A stretch of 64,000 nucleotides of DNA. Source: Fimbriosthenelais zetlandica (lineage: Eukaryota). The translations under genes and the position numbers were made by a program. The notes beneath the pieces are model-generated. The model made no database searches, had not been told where the DNA came from, and saw nothing but the letters and a program-made list of their open reading frames with translations. The stretch lies in contig OZ365118.1 of assembly GCA_977030845.1 (NCBI GenBank), positions 2,542,001 to 2,606,000 on the forward strand, written 5' to 3'. Positions 1 through 12,130 of this stretch are shown here, one piece after another (positions within the stretch are counted from its first letter, which is position 1; the number at the start of each line of letters is the position of its first letter).

Positions 1-1367
1 TTGATGTAAGAACAGACTTACATATGCATTAATTAAGGTAGATTTAAACATGTTAAGATTCTTACATGTCCTTATAGATGTTTCACCAATAATACCAGGC
101 TAATTGACGAGGAGATGTAACTGCAGTTACAAGGATGATTTTTAATGAATAATTTCAGTTAATATAAAGCCAGATAGATAAGAAATTGAATGCTAAAGTC
201 AATGTTCAATAGCATGACAAATCACCACAAACTATGGGAGGAATCATGAATTAAGAACGACACCGTCTGTCAAATCTTGAATCGCTAAAGACCAATGTTG
301 GACATTTGGCAGAGGACAAGGTTTACTATGCCAAATATTATAATGATCCCTTGATGGGTGGTAATAATTATTTTAATTTCAGAGACTCTATAATTAATCA
401 TTATAATTATTCTGTAATAAAGTTGTAAGCTTCTGACTTGTAACCGTCAATCGATCATTAAGCTCTGACTTAAAGGTGTCTGTCAGGATGAGCTATAAGT
501 CGTCCTTACATCTACTTCAGATATACCAACTGAGGTAAAGGGGATTATAAGAGATGACATGCAATTTGAACACGGCTCTTGAGCAAATCGCATGTTCCTG
601 TTAGCCCACTTGCCCAAGCAGATAACACAAATTAATTCACTGCTTGAGAAAAAGTACAAATAATAGCCCGGGATGATCATCTTTTTACCGGCCTTCCTCA
701 AATTTCCCGGCGAAACCAGCAAAATGTCCCTGATGGCTGTTTTTACAGGGAGAACCCAATGAAAGGATGTTCACTGAATGGCTTGAATGGGGGACATTGG
801 AGTCAGCTCATTTCACGAGGCTATTTACGCTAATGGGAATTAGGCTTTCATAATAATTCCACCATGTCCCACAACAGAGTCAAGTACGACTAAGATATAT
901 TTTATAAGGTTTCCTTAGAAACACATACATTGTCATGGTGATGATATAACGCCTATTATCTTTACATCCATCACACATTGTATGGTATGAATATATCATG
1001 TATAATGCCATATTAATGATATGGAAACAGATCGCGCATAATTGCATAATAACAATTCCCATTTACATCATATCAACCAACCACTCTCAAGTTATCAATG
1101 TATTTGTAACATTATATCAAACCCATTACATAATCTGAGTCATAATTCAAAGCATGTCTGTATTGGTCCGATCCTCGGTTGCCTGCTTCCAGTACGATAC
1201 AGCCGACCAAAAAGCTCGGCACTTTTTAAGAGGAACAGAAATTGGAGCTGGGAAGATACACCAAGGCTTTTAGCCTATACAATTTATTGTGCAACCCTCA
1301 CCCCTCACCCATATAAAGTCGGTAAAGACCCTAATATCCATGCAAATTAGAAGGGTCTGAAGTTACT

Positions 1368-1396
1368 GGGGGTGGGGAGGAGGGGGTGGGGGAGGG
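1368..1396 (+). other. G-quadruplex-capable G-run tract
   Basis: GGGGGTGGGGAGGAGGGGGTGGGGGAGGG has five runs of 3 or more G with loops of 1-4 nt. Confidence 0.6.
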
Positions 1397-3543
1397 ACTC
1401 ATCTTGAAGGTGCCTGACTGACCTACTTTATACACTCAATCTACTGCCACCATTGATTTGGCTGTCAGGAGAAGGAGACATTTTAATCTGGTTCTTCTGA
1501 GCAGCTCACGGGGAAACAACTCATTCTCCTTATCCATCAAAGTGAAAAACAAACAAGCTTCATGGATAGTGACAACTTAAAATCCCCCCGTATATTCCTG
1601 GTGCACTGAGACATACAAGACATGCCCTGAATTATATAGTCCAATTTCTTCACTGTGAATCCAGCTCAGGATATATTTATAATTTTTATTGAGCCATGTT
1701 ATGGGTGAAGCTATAATATGCTCGGGAATTGGAGGACCTAAGCCCTGAGCTATGTGATAATTCAGCTTTTTATACATTGATTGGAAGTACTTATAAAAAG
1801 TACCATTTCTTTTATTATGTAATGAAGAGGTGCTCATAAGAAGCATCAATATCTGGGGCGGGTCTGTGAGAAGTTGATTAAATTGACTCACTTGATGGAG
1901 GGTTTAATGGGGATGCGTGCTTTATGGATTAATTCTAATGGTCGTCCTCATTAAGATTCAGCCTCAATGACAGGTTTAAAAACCCCGCTCTCAAGTAGGT
2001 CACGGTAGGAAAGGTGTGCATGGTGTGGTATGGAATCAGCAGTGCTAAACGATTTATTCATTTTTAGCTAGAATTTCACCAATTCCTTATAAAAGTTTAT
2101 CCGGGAGATTCGGAAAGTATGTAGTATGGCATCAGGCAGCTGAGAACCAAGGCAATAACAGTAGGAACAGCGGTAAAGTTAGAGTTGATGGAGGAACAAT
2201 CCACCGGGCAATCACGACCCTGCTTCATGCAGTCAATGCTTCACAATCTGCTTGGATCATGAGATAAATCATAACCAGATCAGAGAAGATCTGAAGACAT
2301 GTACAATCCCCAAATAAATCATGACTTCCTCTTACAGTAGACATAGTTTATTGTTCCTCAGTAGCGAGGAATTAATTAGCTCTGATTTGCTCAGTTGATA
2401 CTGAGTTAATGATGAGTTACATTAAGGAGATGCCTGGTGGTGGTATCTCTATGTGTGTGAGCAGGGCGGGGATATGGCCGTCACTATAGACCTGCTACAC
2501 ACATAAAGCCTGTCACCCTCCACTTACCCCTCCTCCCGCCAGCCGGGTATAAAACTGAAGATATATATACCATTACTCCACCTATACCATCGCTATTGAT
2601 CCGGGCGTCCCTTGAGGGGAGAGGATTGAAGTTCTGCCACCTCTCCCACCCCTCTCCTCCTCCCCACACTCTTCAATCCACCCTTCCCCACACCCTCACA
2701 CCCCAACCCAACCCTCAGACTCGTCCTGCCCATTTCCCTTATTTCCTATCATTGATTTGGTTCCGTATCAAACGCAGGGAAAGTGGCAGCGGTGGTAGGA
2801 ACCACTTTACAATGTTTGCAGATGGATTCGTCTCCTGAGAGACATAGCTCTAGCACTTAGTATATCAAAGCAGGGCTGTATGTCCCAGAGTGAGCGTCAA
2901 GCGACAATTATATCATACAAGCCTGGCCTGTCTACGGGCAGAAATCAATGTCTGATTAATACTGTACAGACGAGACAATACAAGTAATGGACTACAAACA
3001 GTGCCATTGATTCCGCAATAGATCGCCTATATACCTCTATACCCCAACTAATGTATCCTACAACCATTTTTATTGAAGATTTAAAGGGGTAATTTAATGC
3101 AAAAAGAACTTCAATATGCATTAAGTAGCATCACATTAAATCATATGAGTTCGTTCTGCAGTGGACCAGTTCCAATATTTACAAGTACGTGTAAAACGTT
3201 CCAATAAACTCAGCATTTATTCCACTCACACACGAGATACAAAAGATAAGATTTCAGCTCGTATTTCTGGTGGGATATTGGAATGGAGACGTTGAAGGCC
3301 AGGTTTTACCTTACACCACACCACTCCTGTACATGAGCGCCTCATCTGGTATTCTGCTCGTGGATTCAGATAGAAATAATAGGCAGTAAGTAGCAGTATA
3401 CACACCGCCGTGTGTGTCCTACTGGTGGGATTTATGTAGCATGACAGAGACTAACATTACTACCACAACACTTCTACCAGCCTACTGCCACTAGCTTTAA
3501 TACCATATCACCAGTCTAAAGCCTTATCTACACTTAAAATCAT

Positions 3544-3609
3544 ACCCAGTAAAGGCTAATATCAGACCCAGTAAAGGCTAATATACAACCCAGTAAAGGC
3601 TAATATCAG
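3544..3609. repeat. 22-bp tandem repeat, 3 copies
   Basis: ACCCAGTAAAGGCTAATAT starts at 3544, 3566 and 3588; only the last 3 nt of each unit vary. Confidence 0.95.
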
Positions 3610-4278
3610 CAGCTATATAAAAACATAGCAGGGATCGATAACATGGTGTGTCAGCAATTGGTTTTCATTCCCCCTCTGGGCTCTTGTATTTAAGAGAGGG
3701 CCATAATGCCCTTGGTATAAAAAAAAGCCCTCAGCTGGTGAAGGGCTGGACATGCGAACTGGCCACATGTTGATTCTGATGCCATGGTAACTGAGTGACC
3801 ATAATCAGGGGTAGGCCTATGTATGCATGTACCTTACTATGGGGGAAATGGCTTTACAACAAAAACTTCTAAGCACTCGTCCCTTCGGACCAATACCAAC
3901 CCCATGAACAAAACCATAATGGTCGGCTATACCAGCAAGTTCTTCAACATTTCATTATGTCAAGTACGTATGTATTGAATGGTTGGTGTATAATATACAG
4001 GGTTCACTTCAGTACAGAACCTCGAGTATAGTCAACACTATTTTTGTTAATCCATATTTTGAGTGTGAGGCGTGGGAGGGGGAGCACTAACATGGCCTTA
4101 ATGTGGGGGATCGAGAATAAAAGGCGGAGAGATGGTCTAAAAGATGCATGAATGTCTAGAGGCGGCCAGGCACGACCCGAGAGGAGGAATAGAGAGGACA
4201 AGATGCATGTCCTGATGAAAACACTAGTGGTGCATCGTTTATAGAGACCTTCTACCACTGTCAACATGAACATGTCCT

Positions 4279-4372
4279 ATACATGTACACAGACAACAGG
4301 TGAATACATGCACCAACTATACATACATGTATATGTATACATGTATATATTATTTACATGTATATATTATTA
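4279..4372. repeat. TACATGTA/TA low-complexity tract
   Basis: Repeated (A)TACATG(TA) words interleaved with TATA. Confidence 0.8.
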
Positions 4373-4544
4373 ACACCTGACACGGGGGAGGCAAGGCCTG
4401 CATCTCTACACATCATTTAGACATTCAGTGAGATGTTTACCTTGATGCTTCTCTAGCCTAAAACTGAGTGAATATTTATAAATTCAAATAGGCCATATAT
4501 TTGTAGGAAAGGGAACATTTGCGTGGGTGTTTGGGAGGCCTAAA

Positions 4545-4571
4545 GGGGGTGGGGATAGGGGAGGGGTAGGG
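4545..4571 (+). other. G-quadruplex-capable G-run tract
   Basis: GGGGGTGGGGATAGGGGAGGGGTAGGG. Confidence 0.55.
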
Positions 4572-6390
4572 ATATGAGAGGTAGGGGGTGTACCGGGGTA
4601 TGAATATAGAATATGAGAGCCTGGTTGAGAGCAGTGATTAGGTTAATTATCCTAATGAGCAGATGAATATGAACCTGCAGGTGGGGAGGACAAGCATGAG
4701 TGACCTCCCTGATAAATCTCTCATATCATCCCCTTATCTCCCTGCTTCACTGGTGAAGGGAAAGGTAAGCTCAAGTATAAAGAGAAACTAGGGAGAAATT
4801 AACTTAATATTTTATCAGTTTGTATCAGTTTCAATAGGCGAGGGACATTTGGGAAACGGTTTAGAATCTACGGATATCTATCTGAAGTAATCTCAAATGT
4901 ACCTTTTTATTTCGTCTCTGGAGAACATTTCACCAACACATGTGGTTTAGGATTCAGCGGGCCTGTCACTCGACATTAACCCCTTCTGTTCTGAGGCCAT
5001 GTTACATTAAAAGGGACCAAAAAACCACATCATGTTTGACTTGAGAGAGACTAGACGAGTTTTAACGCTACTTGTTGGTCGTCCTTGCCGGAGGGGGTTA
5101 CGGGGGCGAGAAGACAGGGCTGGTGTGAGTCAGACTTGTCTTAAAATAACGGCCATCCCGGCAACAAGGAGGAAGCAAAGGACAGAACATATAATATGAA
5201 AAAACGGGTAAAATAATGTACAGAAAGGACAGGCGGAAATCTAATATATGGGAAAGAGTATCGGGGATTTAAAAGCATATACTGTGGTGGCAGAAGCAAT
5301 GTCTTTGATCGATCTAAGGAAACCCGGGATAAGGAAATGTTTATATATAAAGTAGGCATCCATCCATCATATATATCACATCTGTGATGTCTCTCAGTGC
5401 TGGGGATGGTCGATAGAATCCCTGGATATAAATGGCAATGTGATTGATAAAGAACGGGTCAGACTGACATCCATGTACAGACTGATGTAGGCCAGGACAA
5501 GGGGAGATGGCTACACTTAACTATACATCTAACAATTTCTATCTATAAATTACCTGCAAATCATAATGAATCGAGGCTTTATAATGGTATTAATACGGAA
5601 GAAACCATTGCTGAACTAGCAGCAATGAAACTTTCTCCAACTTTCCTTTGATTAAAAGTCTGCTTTCGTTAGCCTACATTTCAAAAGGGATAATAAATGA
5701 AAGAATCACGTTTCCATATTTGAATATTAGTAACTGAAGATCTTCAGTTATGTGATTAACTTATAAAGTAATCTCCATGATACCAGGTGCAGCCCTGAAG
5801 GCAGAGAAAACTGACTGAAACTGTCATGATTTATTAAACAAATTAATTAATATAATGTCAGAATTTATGACTGGTATAAATTGTCGTGACATATTCTTAC
5901 CCCTAGCCTGTACACCTGATGTTAATTATGACAATCAGGGTGTTTAGGTGAGGTAGGTTGATACCAGTTTACCTCAATGAATCATGGTGCACTGGTAGAG
6001 ACAGTGGAGGCATGTGGGGTCATACATGCTCCCATGTTTCATTATAAACAGCTCATACTCTCTTCAGGGCATCATTTGTTCAGGCATTCAAGTACTGATA
6101 GATATGGAGGCATATACATGGCAAGGATGGACAGATCAGTCATGTCTAACCCGGGGGAAGTATGAGTTATTTCTTTAAGATTGACGCAGCACTCGTGGGA
6201 AGATTTGTGACTGAAGAATGCTTGAACATTTGGTTGGGTACAAGCTAAATGGGAAATTAATTACAGGGTATAATGTTAAAGCCAATTATAATGAGACAGA
6301 GTCTGTAGTAAGCACAGATCTGACTAATTTAAGAGTTAAATGCTTCACGATCAAGAAGTAAAGACAGCAGTTAAAGTCTTGGCGCTCTGA

Positions 6391-6424
6391 CTGGTGGCTG
6401 GTGGCTTGCTGGTGGCTTGCTGGT
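6391..6424. repeat. Short CTGGTGGCT(TG) tandem repeat
   Basis: ctggtgg ctggtggcttg ctggtggcttg ctggt. Confidence 0.8.
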
Positions 6425-8060
6425 CGTGGCCAGGCCATGAAAGTAAACAGAAAGAGGAGAGGTTTTCTCTGTAAATCACATTGATACTGCCTCCCTGTAT
6501 GGGCCTGTATGTTAGCTTAGCCTGCCAATAAGCCCCAGCCTCACCAAGGCTCCACATTGTCTAGAAGAAACCGAGGCCAACCGAGGCCAAGGCTGCGGGG
6601 GCAAGTGGAGACAGCTAGGAAGATTCCTCAGTGAAATAACAAAATGTGGAGCATGGAAAAACGAGCAATCATTGGTAGGCTAGAGGCCGGCCCCCCCGGC
6701 CGAGGATCGATGTGAACATCGAATGGGGGACACAGCTCCTAAAAAAGATTGTTGTTCAAGGAACAGGAAAAACAATCCTGCTATTCTTGTCCCTGATTCA
6801 TGGGACTAAAGATTGGCCTGTATGCATCTAGACGAATCTTAAAGGAGGACATAGTGTCTAGGTTGAAACTCTAACAATATTCTATGTCTAGCTAAATCAT
6901 CTAGCAGAGCATTCTGTATGAATCTGCTCTGTATTCTTTATAGATCCAAAGTTGTATGACAAGCTCAGTGCAGAAATGACATATCTAAAGATGATATAAA
7001 GAAACAATGAAGCCACTTCTCTGCAGCCAATGAGTGGAAGGCTTGAGTAGATGGGTTAAGTGTGGAATTTTATCCCAGGATCTATATATTTACCCCTCAC
7101 CCCGCCCCCCTTGGTAAAGAGTACCCACCCCAGCCCCTCCAGTTGCTTTGCTCACTGGAGAACGCTATGCAATCAGTGGAACAGGATTGCAGCGACAGTG
7201 GAAATAAAGACACCAATGAGGTTGATTCCATTTGGAGGCAGTAGGTTTATGTAAAGCTAGCTATAGGGGAAAGGGCATTAAAATGTAGATTGAATCAAGG
7301 GGTCTAATCTTCTCTTCTGTGGGGATATATGCCCAGGGGAAGGGATTGGGTTCACTAGCGGAACGTCTCTGGAAGTGACGGGGTAGAAGGCCTTTCATGA
7401 CGCTTTTCTTCCACCAAGGAAATGGCGCGGAAAAGACGCCTAGTGCTTTATGAATATGGTTTTATTCAAATTTTTTTTCAACAAAAAGTTTTGATATGAT
7501 TTCATGAGAGTTTTCAAACTCTTTCCCCGTCCTGGAGAGTTCATGACCAGGTTCCATTCACTGATTAAAGTGGAAATGGAGAGTCAATCTGGGGAAATTA
7601 AAGAAACGTAATTATCCACGATGATTGGTTCCATCCCCGGGGGCACAGAATAAGGTGTGTGGTTGTGAGGTATTAACAAAACACTCAAAGCTCAGAAAGG
7701 TTTATTATAATGTACATAGACAAACATATAATGTCATCCAACAATAGGTTATATTATAGATATGTATGTGTAAGTTTAATGGGGTTTAACGTCATCTTTG
7801 TCCAATCTTTCAGTTATATAATGACGGATTCTACTTGTGACAGTGAGACAGAGTGTGTTTTAGATGAGGTAGAGGTAAAGAAAGGCAGCTTAGTCTATAA
7901 TGAAGCCTGTGAAAGCATGTCAATGTATAGGCTGAATCCATCATGTCAAGTCGCAGCAGGGTTAGCCGAGCAGCTCACTAATAAGAAGTAGAGGTAGACC
8001 AGGGTTCCCCCAGCATGTAAGTAGAGCTCGCAGTAATTGGGACGCTTCCTGACTTACTGG

Positions 8061-8137
8061 GTCATGTGACAGATCAGGTGGTATCAACATGGCCATCACG
8101 TGATCAAACATGGAGATCACCATGGTAAACATGGCGG
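8061..8137. promoter_or_regulatory. E-box/YY1-like motif island on a decayed 21-bp repeat
   Basis: GTCATGTGAC 8061-8070; ATCACGTGAT 8095-8104; AACATGG at 8086, 8107 and 8128. Confidence 0.4.
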
Positions 8138-8398
8138 ATAGGTCAATGTTACTGATTTATCATGGTTTTTAAGTGCAAGCTCATGAAATTGACAGGAGAT
8201 AGTGAATAAATTGATATATTTCAGATAGCATTCAGATTGTGAAATACCATCAGGAGTTCATTAAGCCTCCACCATATATTACTTGGTGGAATGTAGCCAT
8301 TTTTTCCACCCGTTTCCTGACTTTTCCCCTGGAGGCTGGGTACATGTCAGTGAATGTACACAATACTGTAGCCAGTATATACACGACCATTATTGCTC

Positions 8399-8482
8399 GC
8401 TTACATAGCCAGGCTGCCTGGACCAGCCTGACACAGGAGCGCTTACATAGCCCGGCTGCCTGGACCAGCCTGACACAGGAGC
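8399..8482. repeat. 42-bp direct tandem duplication
   Basis: GCTTACATAGCC(A/C)GGCTGCCTGGACCAGCCTGACACAGGAGC twice, one mismatch. Confidence 0.97.
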
Positions 8483-8845
8483 CAGGATCCACATGTTTGT
8501 CAGACTAATGGTGCGCATGCGTGCTCAGAGAAGGGCCCTGACGAGTAATACACACCAAGTGTAACGTGTACTCATGGCGGGGCGGGGACCTTTCCCCCTC
8601 CCCCGGGAATATCACAGCTCAAATGTTTGTCAACGGTGAACTGGCAACCTGAGGATGAGCTGGGTTCACCCTGAGATGCATGGTCCCCTCTATAGATGCC
8701 ATGTGTATGATGGATCGGTGACAGAAGTCCCCGGGGAAGCAATGATGCCCTGGTATCATTTAGTGGTGGAAAATTAACAATTGTAATATCATCCCTCATT
8801 CATACATGTAGAGTCTGAGCTCTGGTGGAATTCTCCCGGAGAAGA

Positions 8846-8901
8846 AAGTGGCGGGGGAAGAGTGGCATATATGGGGAAGTGGCGGGGGAAGAGTGGCATA
8901 T
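8846..8901. repeat. 25-bp direct repeat, period 31
   Basis: AAGTGGCGGGGGAAGAGTGGCATAT at 8846 and 8877. Confidence 0.93.
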
Positions 8902-9338
8902 GGTGAAGCTTTAGGGAATGGGGTAAAATAAGGACTGAGGTTCACAGACGTAATCAGAATGGTTCTCAGGTGGTCACGTGCATTCATAGACGCCAGTCTG
9001 GGTCCGTCTTGGGAACCTTTACTAATTAGCAGTCGTGCACACAAGGCATGCTGGGAAGAATGGAGGCAAGATGGCCGCCGTGATGGGCGTGGAGGAACAT
9101 TAGCTTGAGAGGGTTGGTGGGGTATTGGTGATGAAATGATGTTTTTTAAAGTCATGTATTCATGTGGGAATAATACTCTGCAGTTTTCCTGGGTTTCAGC
9201 ATATCATGGGTTGTCAGATCATTGTCCTCTGTATATAACAATAAAGCTGTGAGCCTCAGCAGGCGTCCTGCCAGCCAGCTGGGACAGCAGGTAAGAGTTA
9301 ACCCCATATTTGCTGGAGATGTGACTTCTTCTGTTTCC

Positions 9339-9464
9339 ACTTCCGGACTTGCAGCGGAAGTCCGGAGTGTACATGCGCAGTGACAGAGAGTAAAAGGCAG
9401 GCGAGAGAAAGCCGGCGTGTCCCAACATGCGCGCCACTCTGCAGACTTTGTGAGGCACTTCCGC
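9339..9464. promoter_or_regulatory. CpG-rich ETS/NRF1-like promoter or enhancer island
   Basis: ACTTCCGG 9339, GCGGAAGT 9354, ACTTCCGC 9457, CATGCGCAGT 9372, CATGCGCGCC 9427. Confidence 0.5.
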
Positions 9465-9907
9465 CTCTCATTCTGCAGGAAATTTAAATACACGCTGCAT
9501 TACAGGACATCAGCAGACTTCTCCCCATCCCGATCAATTTGCTGACATTGTTTTTGGAGAAAGAAGATTTACAGATAGAATTTGCATGAAATCAAGATGA
9601 TTCCTCAATGTAGGAGATGAGAAAAGCTTTTAGGGTCAGAGAGAATTCTTCACTGATGTACTTTCCAGGTATGAAGTATCAATTATAGAGTGGATAAAAG
9701 GCACAGCGGGAGACAAAAGGGGACCTTCCGAGTTCATCATCAATACACATCAAAAATAGGTGCCCCTAGCTGGGGATTTATGTATCATAAAGATCACAGC
9801 CTTATTGGGCACTAAACCTGCCTGTCAGTGGTCTGATAACCACCCTACAGCCTTAAATGTCACATAAAAGACGTCCCACAAAAGACACCACCTCAACCAC
9901 AGAAAGA

Positions 9908-9934
9908 ACCGGAAGTCAAGTGGCCGCCATCTTG
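9908..9934. promoter_or_regulatory. ETS plus YY1 composite site
   Basis: ACCGGAAGT 9908-9916 and GGCCGCCATCTTG 9922-9934 (CAAGATGGCGGCC on minus), both consensus matches. Confidence 0.55.
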
Positions 9935-11555
9935 CGAGTAAGGTCCCGGATGGAGGTCAGGATCCCATTAGAAGTATTCCCTGAGGGAGCGCTGGGTGGT
10001 GTTGGGGGATACCTGATGCCGCCATATTGTCGTTGTCATGGTAATGGGAGAGGAATACCCTGCCTTGGTAACTGATTGGTATGATTCCCCGTGGAGAGGA
10101 CTGGAGTATAGCATGGCGGCAATGATGGGTGATGGGGGATGGACGGGGGAGGCTGAGAGAGGCCTCCTTGACCGGGTCATCGCTGGTCAAGTCATTGTCA
10201 GAGGCCATTCATCCACCCCTCCAGTACATGCGCGACAAAGTGTGAACTCCTGACTTTTATTGTCCAAAAAACCTCTTTACTAAAAGTGGGGACCGGCAAG
10301 TGGTCAGACACATGTCAGTCAAATAACGAGGGTTAGTAGGGATAAGGCTGACTGACCAGCATACATTGGATTAACATATGAAAACAGGCTCAAATTGAAT
10401 AAATTGACCTAATCTATTGGTACAGAATGTATCACATTTAAATTGATAACACAATGTACACCAATTCCCAGACATTTCAATTGATAAAACCCAATTATAC
10501 ATGGAAGCAGGGCTGCGTTCTATCCATCCCTGACTCACAAAGCCTACATTCCAGTCAAATTCAATGAGGCCGGCCTGCTATCTGGCCAAATGGACCAAAT
10601 GGATTCCATTGGCACACACCATGAAGCGGAATGCCAGGCTCGTTCAATTGCTAGATCCATATCAGGAGGGTGAATGGGATGGACAGTCCCGGCATTAGAC
10701 CCTACAGGGAGCGCCTAACATGTTACACACTCTTAAAAATATCTCTAAACCACTTGTCAGTTTCTGTATAGCAGAGCTCAAAAAAGCCAGTCAAAACCAT
10801 ACAGGGGAAAATGGTCGACTCAGGAAAAGGTCAGTGACCGGAAATCTGAACAAAATGACTGTTTTTTACGGGTTATTTCCAGCAAATTGCGGCATTCAGG
10901 TCTGTAGCCGGTTATTTGGCTGCAGCAGGTTTTAGAGTGGAAGCTCTGACTATGTTATACTGGGAGAGAAAGTGGTGGGAGTAATACCATTGAAATAGTT
11001 ACACAACTGGGGTAATGGACATGTCCTTTCAGCCTTCTCTCTATATATGTATGTGGTCAGTCTATATGTAACCACAGGGGAGTGGGAGGCTGTATGTGGG
11101 CTGAGACATGCTTTAAAGCCGGCCCATAAAGCGTCCACGCAGCTCAACTTATACATAGCAAAGCCAGTCTCAACTTCTCCATAGTAAAGGTCTAGTTTCC
11201 AGGCTAAGTAGTATATGTAAAGTGGTTCCTGACTCAGGCAGGTGATAAAGTATTAGTGCTGAGTTGGAAACACCTAGAGATAAATTGGTTCATTGTCTGA
11301 CAGATTTATCCAATCATAACTTTATTCTGACATCTTCTGATCATTATGATCGTTTATTAGCAGGGGGCTGAGATGACAGGTGCCACCTGACCCAATTAGG
11401 CTGAACGCAGCGATGAGTACCACCCACCTAATGGACGAGATCACTTCACGCTCCCAGAAACAATCCATCCTCGTTAATTTTACTGATTGCTGGTAATGAA
11501 ATGTTTGCGTCCCTGTGTTTACTCAAGTCACGCTTCTCCTCTCCCATCTCCCTCA

Positions 11556-11745
11556 CCTACCCCACTCTCCCCTACTCCCTCTCCTACCCCACTCTCCCCT
11601 ACTCCCTTTCCTACCCCACTCTCCCCTACTCCCTTTCCTACCCCACTCTCCCCTACTCCCTTTCCTACCCCAGTTTCCCCTTGCTCTCCCCATCTCCCTA
11701 CTGTACCCCACTCTCCCCTACTCCCTTCCCTACTCTCCCCATTTC
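11556..11745. repeat. 27-bp C-rich minisatellite
   Basis: CCTACCCCACTCTCCCCTACTCCCT(T/C)T at 11556, 11583, 11610, 11637, then diverged copies; source of the PTPLSPTPF ORFs; G-rich on minus. Confidence 0.97.
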
Positions 11746-11982
11746 CCATCACCCCCAATGCCTTCCAGGCTTACTTCCTCCGCTATCAACCCATGCATGG
11801 TGCACCCAATATCCGCCATCTTGGTTCTCAACATTAAAATAAACATTAGGTTAATTACTCCACACAATTAACATCGAGCTACTGAGAGCTACTCATGCAG
11901 GTCAGGATCCACATTCTACTCATTCTACACGCTTCAAAACAGTGACCTTGGCAACCACTCAGTATAGTATGACCGTCATGAG

Positions 11983-12130
11983 GGTCACGTGCAGCGTGAC
12001 CTCTCTCCGTGACCCCGGAAGTAAATGATGGCCGCTCTATAAGCCTATACCTCAAACCTAAACCCAAACCTCGCGCTTGACGTTATTTCCCGAGAGGGAG
12101 GTTATGTTACAGTGGGGGCGGCCATGTTGG
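11983..12130. promoter_or_regulatory. CpG-rich E-box/ETS/YY1-like island
   Basis: GGTCACGTG, CCGGAAGT 12015-12022, GATGGCCGC, GCGGCCATGTTG. Confidence 0.4.

Noticed and set aside
1577-1891. 104-aa minus ORF with protein-like look
   Set aside because: Its start is a GTG that is part of a GTGAGT donor-like word; no recognisable domain and no partner exons.
5548-5570. Third minus-strand CAG|GTAATT about 20.8 kb beyond the 26360 site, suggesting even spacing
   Set aside because: Only 7 of 12 pyrimidines and a weaker donor. Similar CAG|GTAATT words occur near 16978, 17569, 40597 and 56456, so choosing this one is post hoc.
9640-9675. Plus-strand AG|GT site tgtactttccag|GTATGA (similar ones near 22789 and 42502)
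   Set aside because: Shorter tracts and weaker donors than the two minus sites; kept only as a caveat on strand inference.
11487-11871. Overlapping proline/serine-rich ORFs
   Set aside because: Translations of the 27-bp minisatellite; open in several frames on both strands.
12051-12070. Telomere-like CTAAACCCAAACC
   Set aside because: Only two or three degenerate units; no array.
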